Of a stretch of 64,000 bases of DNA, positions 39,696 through 47,683 are shown one piece after another. Each line of letters begins with the position of its first letter. The first letter of the stretch is position 1. The DNA is from Candidatus Saccharicenans sp. (lineage in GTDB: Bacteria; Acidobacteriota; Aminicenantia; Aminicenantales; Saccharicenantaceae). A model generated the notes under the pieces. That model did not search any database and had not been told where the DNA came from. It saw only the letters and a program-made list of their open reading frames with translations. The stretch is from positions 26,848 to 90,847 of the forward strand of contig JANLFU010000007.1 of NCBI GenBank assembly GCA_024653215.1, in the 5' to 3' direction. Both the position numbers and the translations under genes were made by a program.

Positions 39696-41654
39696 TCAGT
39701 CAATCTCGTAATCTCTTAGGAGCTTATCCGGCACCAGGCCCTCGGCCGTCCATTTCTGCTGCAGGTAATAAGCATCAAGAATGGCGTTGTAATAAGCCGG
39801 GTCGATGGCCTTTCCGGCCTGGGGGCCGGCGGTCAGGGGTTCGGTGAACTTGGGCGGGATGAAGGCATCATACTCCCGCCGGCGTCCCTGCTGGTTATTG
39901 ACATACCTTTCCAGGGAGTAAATCCGCCGCCCGCATTCCTTCAGGCTTTCAGCCGTGTACTCGATCCCGGTCAGGGCCCGGTACATCTCCAGGAAATCGG
40001 GCGAAGTGAAATCCTCGGTGAAAAAGTCGCACAGGCCAAGGGAATCGGTCAGGGCCTTGCCCAGCTGACTTCCGGCCACGTAGGCGGCCAGGTTCTCGGC
40101 CCCGGCCAGGCCACCCTCTTCGGCCTGGATGGTCCAGGCATAGGTATGGTCGCCGCGGCCGCGGTTGGAGGTGCCGTAGGCGGTGAACATGCCCGGGAAA
40201 ACCTTGGGCTCAATTCCGGCATAGCCCAGACCGGCGTAGGCGGTGGTCAGACAGCGGACCAATTCCTCGGGGCTGGCGCTGGCGCTCGATTTCATCAGCT
40301 CGTCGGCCAGCAGGTCGGTCGGCCGCCCGAGCAGCAGCCCCAGGTCAGTGCGCCCGTAAACGATTTGCTCCAGGCAGTTAATCATGCTGGCCGTGTTTCC
40401 GAATTCAGGCGCTCCCGGAAAGGGCAGCCAGCCTTTTTCATTTAGCTCCATGGCCCCGGCCATGACGCTGCCAAAGGTCATGGTGTCTACCCCGTACTCG
40501 TTGCAGAGATGGTTCAGGTAGAAAATGCCGTCCCGGTCGGTCAGGCAACAGTTTATCCACAGGGCGATGGTTTCGAATTCCGGGCGCACCCCCTCGTGGG
40601 CATAAGTTCCGCTGCTGACGGCCGCGCTTCGGGTGCACATAATATGACGGCAGCGGTTGCAGACCTTGTGTTTCCCGGCGATTTCCAGGAAGGCCCCGGT
40701 GGAAACCCGCCGGTAGAGTTCCGGGTCAAAGTAGCCCTCGTCAAAGTTATGCCAGGGCAGGTATCCCCCTTTCTTCCCCAGGTAGCCGCCGTTAAAGGCC
40801 CGGTCCAGCCACCAGGTGGTCCCGGTTTCGGGGCGGAAGGAAGCAGTCCAGTTGGGGTCGTGCACATGGCTGTTGACCGCTTCGTCTATCGCTTTCGACT
40901 TTTCCAGGAATTTTTCCCGGTCAAAGAATTCTGGCAGTTGCTTGCCATAAGCGGTGATGGCCACCAGGTTCTTGGAACCAAAAACCGCACCGGCTCCGCC
41001 GCGGCCAAAGTTGCGGTGGTAATCGTTGGTCAGGCAGGCGAAGGCCACCTGGTTCCAGCCGGCCGGCCCGGCGCAGACGGTGGACGAGCCGGGATGCTTC
41101 CGGCCCAGAAAATCTGTAGTTTCCGAGGCCCGGCGCAGCACTCGCCGGCCGTTAACTTCCTCAAACAGCTCCGGCTCGGCCTCCAGCAACTTAACCTGGC
41201 CCTCCGAAACCAGGATGCGGACAGGCTTATCGGCCCGGCCGTCGATGATAAGCTGGTCAAAGCCGGCTCTCTTCAACATGTTGGGGAAAAGCCCGCCGCA
41301 GCTGGAGTGGGTCAGCAGGCCAAATACAGGTGGCCGGTTGCCCAGCCACTCCTTCCGGGCCGGCGAATAGGTGAAGGGGCTGATAAAAGAACAGGAGCCC
41401 CGGCCGGCCGTCGGTATGGCCGTATCATTCAGGGAAGAATTCCCGATGACCAGTCGGTTGGCCGGGGACAACGGGTCTTTCAGCCAGCCTTTTTCTTTCA
41501 GGCGCTGGTAAATCAGGTAAGCCTGGACACCCCGGCCGCCGAGGTAAAGGCGATAGAGGTGAGCCGGGGCTTCCTTAATTTCCACGCAGCCTGAACTCAA
41601 ATCTATAAAGGCCCATTTTCCGGTATAGCCATAGTATTTTTTGGTATCAGTCAT
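39696..41654 (-). CDS. aldehyde:ferredoxin oxidoreductase (W/Mo-pterin AOR/WOR family)
   Basis: GYTGK..IDLS, YLGGRG, LKRAGFD, GRGGAGAVFGSKNL, PEFET, CNEYGVDT, DSLGLC; AGGAG RBS before ATG 41654. Confidence 0.9.
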   Translation of the reverse strand: MTDTKKYYGYTGKWAFIDLSSGCVEIKEAPAHLYRLYLGGRGVQAYLIYQRLKEKGWLKDPLSPANRLVIGNSSLNDTAIPTAGRGSCSFISPFTYSPARKEWLGNRPPVFGLLTHSSCGGLFPNMLKRAGFDQLIIDGRADKPVRILVSEGQVKLLEAEPELFEEVNGRRVLRRASETTDFLGRKHPGSSTVCAGPAGWNQVAFACLTNDYHRNFGRGGAGAVFGSKNLVAITAYGKQLPEFFDREKFLEKSKAIDEAVNSHVHDPNWTASFRPETGTTWWLDRAFNGGYLGKKGGYLPWHNFDEGYFDPELYRRVSTGAFLEIAGKHKVCNRCRHIMCTRSAAVSSGTYAHEGVRPEFETIALWINCCLTDRDGIFYLNHLCNEYGVDTMTFGSVMAGAMELNEKGWLPFPGAPEFGNTASMINCLEQIVYGRTDLGLLLGRPTDLLADELMKSSASASPEELVRCLTTAYAGLGYAGIEPKVFPGMFTAYGTSNRGRGDHTYAWTIQAEEGGLAGAENLAAYVAGSQLGKALTDSLGLCDFFTEDFTSPDFLEMYRALTGIEYTAESLKECGRRIYSLERYVNNQQGRRREYDAFIPPKFTEPLTAGPQAGKAIDPAYYNAILDAYYLQQKWTAEGLVPDKLLRDYEID

Positions 41655-41685
41655 AATATCTCCTGAGAAAGAAATTAACAGGTTG

Positions 41686-41714
41686 ATTATAAGAAAACTC
41701 AACCCGGGCCGCAA
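41686..41714 (-). promoter_or_regulatory. sigma70-type promoter candidate for the AOR gene
   Basis: TTGCGG-N17-TATAAT on the minus strand. Confidence 0.55.
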
Positions 41715-41831
41715 ACCTTTTGTTCCGGCGCCCTCCCCGCCCGGAAGAGATTTGGGCCGGGCCCATCAGCCCGATACGGCGGGGGTTAACCTTAACTGAC
41801 GGCCGTAACGAAAAATTCAAAAAGGCGACTA

Positions 41832-44165
41832 TCAGCTGAGGCCCGCCCGGGTCCGCCCGGTATAGATCACCGGCCTGGGCTGGTAGACAATCTTGATATC
41901 TTTTATTGTTTCGCCTGGCTTGAGGGCAACTCTCAGCGGCAGCTCGGTCTGAAGCTTGACCCCTCGAGGTAATGTTTCCTCATCCACCAGTATTTCATAC
42001 TGCCCGGGCAGGATGTTTTCAAAAACAAACCGGCCCTTGGCATCGCTGTAGCAGGTCAGCTCTTCGGGCTGCAACTGCCTCATCGCTTCCGGCCACTGCT
42101 CGATATCCGTGGCTCTGGCCACAACCAGGACATCCTTAAGCGGCTGGTCTTCTTCATCCAGCAGGCCGTTCTTGTTGACATCCTGAAAAACGGTCCCGGT
42201 AACCGTGGCCCCCTCGACCAGGACATACTCCAGCCTGGCCGTCTTTCTCTTTTCCACCACCAGTACCCGGCGTTCCTGCCCTGACAGGTAATACTCGGCC
42301 GGAATCCGGCTTATTTCCAGGTTAACAGAATGGAGGCCCTCTGCTACCCGGCTGAACACAAACCGGCCCTCGTGGTCGGAACTGGCGCTGCTGCCGTCTT
42401 CAAGATAAAAGGTCACTTCGGGAAACGCCCTGTCCCCGGCATCAAAAATTCCGTTGAGGTTCCGGTCGGAGAAAACCAGCCCTTCTATCCGGCCCAGGCC
42501 GGTGAGCACCGGCCCGGTGGTCCGGCCCTGGTAAGACGCCACTTCCCCCCAGTTAAAACGGCGGTCTATCCTGAGAGTCAACCAGTAATTGGCCGGCTGG
42601 GCAGATTGAAGGGGCCAGCTGGCCCGGAAGTCCAGCCTTAGTCGCAGGCCCAGAGGTAACCAGCGCCCCAGCCCCAGGTATAGCTCGGTTCTTTTTGAAG
42701 ACTGGCTGACAAAATACCAGGACTTGAGGTCAAGGTAAGAGAGCTCCCCGTAAAAATCGGTGCCGAATAAAAAGGGAGAATAGGTGGCCAGACGCAGCCT
42801 GGTCAGGTCAGAGAGTTTATTTTCCTGGTAATCGTAGTATCGACTGTCTTCGGCCTCGAGCAACAGGTAGGCACTCCTTAGATAGCTGTATCTCAACCCC
42901 AGGTAAAGCGAAGGATAGTTGAAATCGCGCTGGTCGTTGACCCGGTCGTCATAGTGCTGAAACCGGGCCCGGAGGTAGGGATAGAAACGTCCCAGGTTCT
43001 TGGAAAGCTGAAGGTAAAAGCCAGGGCTTATAAACTTCCGGTAATCCTCTCCCGGATGCCGGGATTCAGCAGCGTTGAGGTCCAGCCTAAGAGTCAGGTC
43101 AGGCCAGGGCGGAGTGATGAGGGAAAAACCGGAATTGAGCCGCCAGAAATCGGTGGTGTTAAGGGCAGCCCGCCGGTCGACGTTATCATGGTAATAATCA
43201 ACCGAACCGAAAAGGAAGACCCGACGTCGGGTCTGGTAGCGCCAGGAGGCGAAAAGACCTTCCTGATCGCGGTCATAGGCAAACTCGCTGCTGAGGTTGC
43301 GGAAGTCAGCATCCACCCGGCGGTAGTTGACCTCCAGGGACCAGCGTCCGCCCTGAAGCAGGGGGCCAAAGCGGATCGAGGTTCCGGGGATTTTCACCTG
43401 GTCATTCTCCCCGGCCGCCAGGCTGGCCCTGGTGTCCATGACAAACCTGGCCCGCTCGTTGAAGCGCAGTTCTGATTCTATGAACAGAATATCATTGGTC
43501 CTGGTCAGTAATTCGCCACTCCAGCTCCTCTCGTTTTCGCTGTGCACAAAGCCAAAGCCGAGAAAATACTTTTGTTCGGGTTCAAAACGAGCCATAAAGC
43601 CGGTGGCCGTCTGCTCGGTCAGCGAATAGAAATTGCCCAGCAGGCCGGTCAGCCTGGCCACCTTGCCGCTGAACACCTCCAGGCCGTATTTCCTGTGCTC
43701 GAAGCCGGCGCTCACTCCCCTCAGGTAGTTATATGCCGGGTAGTAATTGGTGAAGCGATAGCCCAGGTTGGTCAACTGCAGGTTATGGTCGCCCAGCCTC
43801 AGCTTCCAGGACAGCCGGCCCAGCTGCAAACCCTGCCAGTCCAGGTACCAGTGCGCCGCCTCCAGGCCGGAGGAGGACAGGCGACCGTCAAACCAGCCGC
43901 TCAAGACTCCATAGTTTATAAACTTCTGCCAGAGGTCGAGGTGCATGATATTTTCGTATTCATTGGCGTAAAAAGGATTGACTTGAGAATAGACACGGCT
44001 GCGGTTCCAGTAGGACAGGTTTATATAACCCTGCTGGGAAAACAGGTCAGAACTTAAGATGAGAAACGACAGGAATAAGAACAGGATGAGGACCCGGGGC
44101 TGACCAGGCAGGCGGAAACGGCCGTCTCTGCCTTCCGCTGCCCGCACCTTGTGTCTATAACTCAT
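41832..44165 (-). CDS. usher-like outer-membrane beta-barrel protein with two C-terminal SdrD-B/Cna-B-like domains
   Basis: Signal peptide; long amphipathic aromatic-rich beta region; G.VF.D.N.NG..D..D motifs twice; last gene of the pilin/chaperone cluster. Confidence 0.7.
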   Translation of the reverse strand: MSYRHKVRAAEGRDGRFRLPGQPRVLILFLFLSFLILSSDLFSQQGYINLSYWNRSRVYSQVNPFYANEYENIMHLDLWQKFINYGVLSGWFDGRLSSSGLEAAHWYLDWQGLQLGRLSWKLRLGDHNLQLTNLGYRFTNYYPAYNYLRGVSAGFEHRKYGLEVFSGKVARLTGLLGNFYSLTEQTATGFMARFEPEQKYFLGFGFVHSENERSWSGELLTRTNDILFIESELRFNERARFVMDTRASLAAGENDQVKIPGTSIRFGPLLQGGRWSLEVNYRRVDADFRNLSSEFAYDRDQEGLFASWRYQTRRRVFLFGSVDYYHDNVDRRAALNTTDFWRLNSGFSLITPPWPDLTLRLDLNAAESRHPGEDYRKFISPGFYLQLSKNLGRFYPYLRARFQHYDDRVNDQRDFNYPSLYLGLRYSYLRSAYLLLEAEDSRYYDYQENKLSDLTRLRLATYSPFLFGTDFYGELSYLDLKSWYFVSQSSKRTELYLGLGRWLPLGLRLRLDFRASWPLQSAQPANYWLTLRIDRRFNWGEVASYQGRTTGPVLTGLGRIEGLVFSDRNLNGIFDAGDRAFPEVTFYLEDGSSASSDHEGRFVFSRVAEGLHSVNLEISRIPAEYYLSGQERRVLVVEKRKTARLEYVLVEGATVTGTVFQDVNKNGLLDEEDQPLKDVLVVARATDIEQWPEAMRQLQPEELTCYSDAKGRFVFENILPGQYEILVDEETLPRGVKLQTELPLRVALKPGETIKDIKIVYQPRPVIYTGRTRAGLS

Positions 44166-44179
44166 TTCCCTTCCGCCAC

Positions 44180-44686
44180 TTAAAGCAGGGAAGCGGTAAA
44201 GGTAATAACCTGGGTATATTCCCCGGCCACGTAATCCCAGGAATTCTGGAAATAAAAGCTGAGGTCAGCCTCCTTGTTACCCCGGTCCTGGGCCAGGACC
44301 AGGTTCTGCCCCGCGGCCAGAACGCCATCTCTAAAAATGTCATTGGGAGTAGCTCTCCAGGAAATGGTACTGATCGGTATTACCTGGCCACCGGCGCTTA
44401 CCAGGTTGCCCTCGGCTCTTATGGTCACCTCCCAGCGGCGGTTGGGCGGCCAGGTGGTGACCTGGATGTGAACCGGGGTGTTAGCCGCGACCACGGGTTC
44501 CAGGTCCGGGTCGGCCGCCGGAAAGGTGATGGCTGTGGGGAAAATATTGATGTTTACGGTCCACTGCTGGGGAGCAACCCGAGAACTCAGTCCGACCGGA
44601 GATATGAGGAGCAGGCCCATGGTGCACACGGCCGCGGCCAGAAACCTGGTCGGCCTGTTCCCCGTAAACAAACGCCCGGACCTCAT
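44180..44686 (-). CDS. pilin-like secreted subunit (minor; possibly tip)
   Basis: Signal peptide; IPISTISW; C-terminal AGEYTQVITFTA; paralogous to neighbours. Confidence 0.7.
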   Translation of the reverse strand: MRSGRLFTGNRPTRFLAAAVCTMGLLLISPVGLSSRVAPQQWTVNINIFPTAITFPAADPDLEPVVAANTPVHIQVTTWPPNRRWEVTIRAEGNLVSAGGQVIPISTISWRATPNDIFRDGVLAAGQNLVLAQDRGNKEADLSFYFQNSWDYVAGEYTQVITFTASLL

Positions 44687-44692
44687 GTCGGC

Positions 44693-45238
44693 TCACACAC
44701 CTTCCACCAGAATGGTGACCGTTGTCCGGTAGGCTCCCGGCGCCATATTCGGGTCCTCGGCAAAAAAGAAATAGAGATAGCCGGTAAAACTCCCGGGCCC
44801 GGTGAACCTGGCCACCAGAGCCGGAGCGGCTTTGCTCAGCTGCCCGCTGTAAAATCCGCTACCCTGCGCCTGCCAGCTTATTTTCTCAACCGGGATGGTG
44901 TAGCCGGTGGCACTATCCACCAGGTCCGAAGAAACCTGGAACCAGACGTTGGTGCTGGAACTGTAATCATTGTTGGTCTTGACGGTCAGGTCAAAACGGC
45001 CCTCGTTGGCCGGAATGGTCTGGGGAACACCCGTTGAAGAGCTCCGGGTGAAGGACACCTGGCTGGTGCTTATCTCTATCCTGAAGCGCCTGGCCACCTG
45101 AACCGTCACCCCCAGGCTGGCCGTGCTCTGGGCCAGAAGCTGGCCCAAGGTCAGGCCGGTCCAGGCCAGCAGGAAAAAGCAGATTAGTTTCCGGGTGGCT
45201 CCGCGTTTTTTCCGAACCTGGTACTCGGCTCTGCGCAT
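44693..45238 (-). CDS. pilin-like secreted subunit (minor)
   Basis: Signal peptide; IPANE, TIPVEKISW, C-terminal PGAYRTTVTILV. Confidence 0.7.
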   Translation of the reverse strand: MRRAEYQVRKKRGATRKLICFFLLAWTGLTLGQLLAQSTASLGVTVQVARRFRIEISTSQVSFTRSSSTGVPQTIPANEGRFDLTVKTNNDYSSSTNVWFQVSSDLVDSATGYTIPVEKISWQAQGSGFYSGQLSKAAPALVARFTGPGSFTGYLYFFFAEDPNMAPGAYRTTVTILVEGV

Positions 45239-45253
45239 TTTCTTCCCGTTTTA

Positions 45254-46054
45254 TTATTTGACAATGATCTCTTTTTCCATGGCCAGCAGCTCGTCCCGGC
45301 CGATATCCAGCCTGACCTCGGCCTTATAATTTCCGGGCGGCAATTTCTCTTTCAACGGGATGGTCACCCAGCGCTCGCTCTTAGGCAGAACCGGCTCGTC
45401 CGGAATTTCCAGGCTCATCACCTTTTTACCCTCAGCCGTGGTCAGGCGAACTTCGCCCTTCAAGCGGAAATGAGTCCGGCCCGGGTTGTTGAGCTTCAGT
45501 TTGACCGCTTGGTCGCCGCCACTTTCGAAAACCAAATCCTCCAGCGAGCCTTCAATCTGGACCTTCCCGACCAGCACATAGACAGCGGCCACAATTTTCC
45601 CGGTGAAGGCCACCTGGCCCAGCCGACCACCCGGGGGCGCTTCCGGCACCTGTTCAAAAGATATGCCGGCATGGTAGCCACCGGCTTCGGTCTCGGCCGG
45701 CACGGATACCGTGAACCTGACAGTTTTCATCTCCCCCGGCTGGAGCCGAAAATCAAAGGGATTGACCCTTAGCCAGTCCCGGCAGGAAAAACCGGTCGGC
45801 TGATTCCCCAGGAAATGCCGGCTGCCGTCTTCACCGAGCGTCCAGTTTTCGGTATAGACTTTCAACCTGACCGGCCGGGGCGAGTTATTCCTGACGTAAA
45901 TTACCTCGGTCCGCTGGCCACCCGGAGCCACCTTGAGCTCGAATCGAATGGGGGTGATGCCAAAATAAATCTGGGCCTGCAGCGGAAAATAGGTGACCGC
46001 GGTTACTATGACAACCAGCAGAAACTTAAGCGCTCTTCCGAACCGGCCTCTCAT
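45254..46054 (-). CDS. periplasmic fimbrial chaperone-like protein (two Ig domains)
   Basis: ITPIRFEL...PG...I.VRN.S..PVRL...DWL.VNP..F.L.PGE...VRF...P; second domain LNNPGRTHFR; signal peptide. Confidence 0.78.
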   Translation of the reverse strand: MRGRFGRALKFLLVVIVTAVTYFPLQAQIYFGITPIRFELKVAPGGQRTEVIYVRNNSPRPVRLKVYTENWTLGEDGSRHFLGNQPTGFSCRDWLRVNPFDFRLQPGEMKTVRFTVSVPAETEAGGYHAGISFEQVPEAPPGGRLGQVAFTGKIVAAVYVLVGKVQIEGSLEDLVFESGGDQAVKLKLNNPGRTHFRLKGEVRLTTAEGKKVMSLEIPDEPVLPKSERWVTIPLKEKLPPGNYKAEVRLDIGRDELLAMEKEIIVK

Positions 46055-46132
46055 CTTCCGGCCTCCTGCTTTTCCAATTTTCCGGTTCTGGCCAAAACCC
46101 TAATCAATTCTATGCAAAGCCTGATTTTCGGT

Positions 46133-46170
46133 CAATAAAATAAAAGGGAGAGAGTCCGGATCTCTCTCCC
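46133..46170 (-). terminator. intrinsic terminator after the putative major subunit
   Basis: 9-bp stem GGGAGAGAG/CTCTCTCCC at 46146-46170, followed on the minus strand by TTTTATTTTATT. Confidence 0.75.
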
Positions 46171-46195
46171 CTGACGGGCTGTCTGCGAATTGAAC

Positions 46196-46717
46196 TCAAA
46201 TCTTGGAAAGAGTATAGGTGGCCGTTATGGAATACGAACCTGGTTCCTGGTTGACGTAATCCCTGAGAAAACTGAAATTGAGCTGACCTTCATGCCAGTG
46301 GAAAATGCTTCCCGTCCACTGTCCGACCGAGACCGCGGTGCCGGCCAGCAACGAACCGGCCTGGTAACCGGTGCCGCTAACCGTCCAGCTGACCGTGCTG
46401 GCGGGAATGGTGGAATGGAAATCACCGGCCGCAGTAACGGTCAGGCTAAGAGAAGAAGCCGGAACCATGATGGCAAAGACTCTAACCGCCACCGGGTTTT
46501 CGTTGGCCGCTATCTGAACCGTTCCGGGTGTGGCTCCCACGGTAGGAGCAATATCGGTAAAGGTTACGGTGTTGGTGCCGATATAAAGGTCGTACCATTC
46601 AGCCAGGGTAACCTGAAAGGTAACATCCTTAGACTGCTGAGCCAGCATCGGATTTAAAGCCGCAATCAGCAAAAACCCTATCCAAAGACCGAGCATCCTA
46701 AAATTCTTTGTTTTCAC
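46196..46717 (-). CDS. pilin-like secreted subunit (probable major subunit)
   Basis: GTG start with AGGAGG RBS; signal peptide; AANE, TIPASTVSW, C-terminal PGSYSITATYTL; own sigma54 promoter and terminator. Confidence 0.75.
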   Translation of the reverse strand: MKTKNFRMLGLWIGFLLIAALNPMLAQQSKDVTFQVTLAEWYDLYIGTNTVTFTDIAPTVGATPGTVQIAANENPVAVRVFAIMVPASSLSLTVTAAGDFHSTIPASTVSWTVSGTGYQAGSLLAGTAVSVGQWTGSIFHWHEGQLNFSFLRDYVNQEPGSYSITATYTLSKI

Positions 46718-46759
46718 TCTCCATTCCTCCTACACTATAATAAATCACAGATTTTATAA

Positions 46760-46775
46760 TGCAGGAGTTATGCCA
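46760..46775 (-). promoter_or_regulatory. sigma54 (-24/-12) promoter candidate
   Basis: Minus-strand TGGCATAACTCCTGCA, GG-N10-GC, with an AT-rich tract upstream. Confidence 0.7.
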
Positions 46776-46935
46776 GGTCAAGAGAAAAGGGCGGTAAAAT
46801 TGTAAGTTGCTTATATTAAATAAATTAAAGATATATTTTCCCGGACTTCACCACTGCTGAAATCGGATTTTTGCGCCAAATTATGTCATCAGGCTCTTTT
46901 TTCTGTCATTAAACTCCTAAATTTTTTTATAAATT

Positions 46936-47448
46936 TCACATAGCGCTCAGGATAAACCTGGCCTTATAGGTATGGCCAGAGCTTCCTTCTGGATCCAGGA
47001 AAACCAGGCTCCCTGTTTTAAAACCGTGTCCTTCCCAGACGGCAAAGGTGTTCTCCTGGCCCACAAGAACCAGCCCTTCTCCTGGAATGTCGCCCTGGCC
47101 TCGCCAGATCAAAATGGACTGATTGTCTGGCTCTTCTTCTTCAGAATAAATAATTCCTTTTAAGGCAATTGTGTCACCCTCGCTGACCGATAAAAGAGCC
47201 CTGACCTGCACGGGCTGACCCAATACGATTTCGGCCTGGCCCAGGGCCTGCAAGTTACCCGTGTCTGAAAAGGCACCGGAGGCTGACCTTATTTCCAGGA
47301 CCAACCATTCTTTCAGTTCTAAAGAAAAGGTGGCCCGGGTTGAAGTATCGGCCTGCAACCAGGCAAAAAACCCGGCAGACAGGCTGAAGGCTATGATCAG
47401 GAATAATTTACGCCAGTTGTTTTTTCCATCATCCTTTCTCATGTTCAT
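46936..47448 (-). CDS. divergent pilin-like secreted subunit
   Basis: ATFSLELKEWLVLEI aligns with VTFQVTLAEWYDLYI, PVQVR with PVAVR, and W.G..G..W.G.....G.L.F is shared with 46196..46717. Confidence 0.65.
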   Translation of the reverse strand: MNMRKDDGKNNWRKLFLIIAFSLSAGFFAWLQADTSTRATFSLELKEWLVLEIRSASGAFSDTGNLQALGQAEIVLGQPVQVRALLSVSEGDTIALKGIIYSEEEEPDNQSILIWRGQGDIPGEGLVLVGQENTFAVWEGHGFKTGSLVFLDPEGSSGHTYKARFILSAM

Positions 47449-47490
47449 CTTACGCCTTAAATCTCGTCGCTAAATCTTGACCACAAATAA

Positions 47491-47506
47491 AGCAATATAT
47501 GTGCCA
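47491..47506 (-). promoter_or_regulatory. sigma54 (-24/-12) promoter
   Basis: Minus-strand TGGCACATATATTGCT, full consensus TGGCAC-N5-TTGCW. Confidence 0.8.
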
Positions 47507-47566
47507 GCAGTATTTTTGTTATCTAATTGATATTCAATAAGTTAAAACTGGGGGCTTCCGGGCCTT

Positions 47567-47667
47567 CTGTCCGTTTTTGTTACACCAGGCTTAATGGCTC
47601 TTAAATCTATCTTATTGATTTTCAAAAGGATAGTTTCAAAACTGGCTGCTGTTCGTTTTCGTTACAC
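47567..47667. promoter_or_regulatory. two candidate upstream activator sequences (19-bp direct repeat)
   Basis: CTGTCCGTTTTTGTTACAC (47567-47585) and CTGTTCGTTTTCGTTACAC (47649-47667), 17/19 identical, each TGT-N11-ACA. Confidence 0.6.
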
Positions 47668-47683
47668 AGATAAGGCAGGTGGC

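Noticed and set aside
41715-41831. GC-rich segment upstream of the AOR gene as a possible tungsten-cofactor riboswitch
   Set aside because: It lies upstream of the predicted promoter (41686-41714), so it would not be in the leader, and it shows no motif match.
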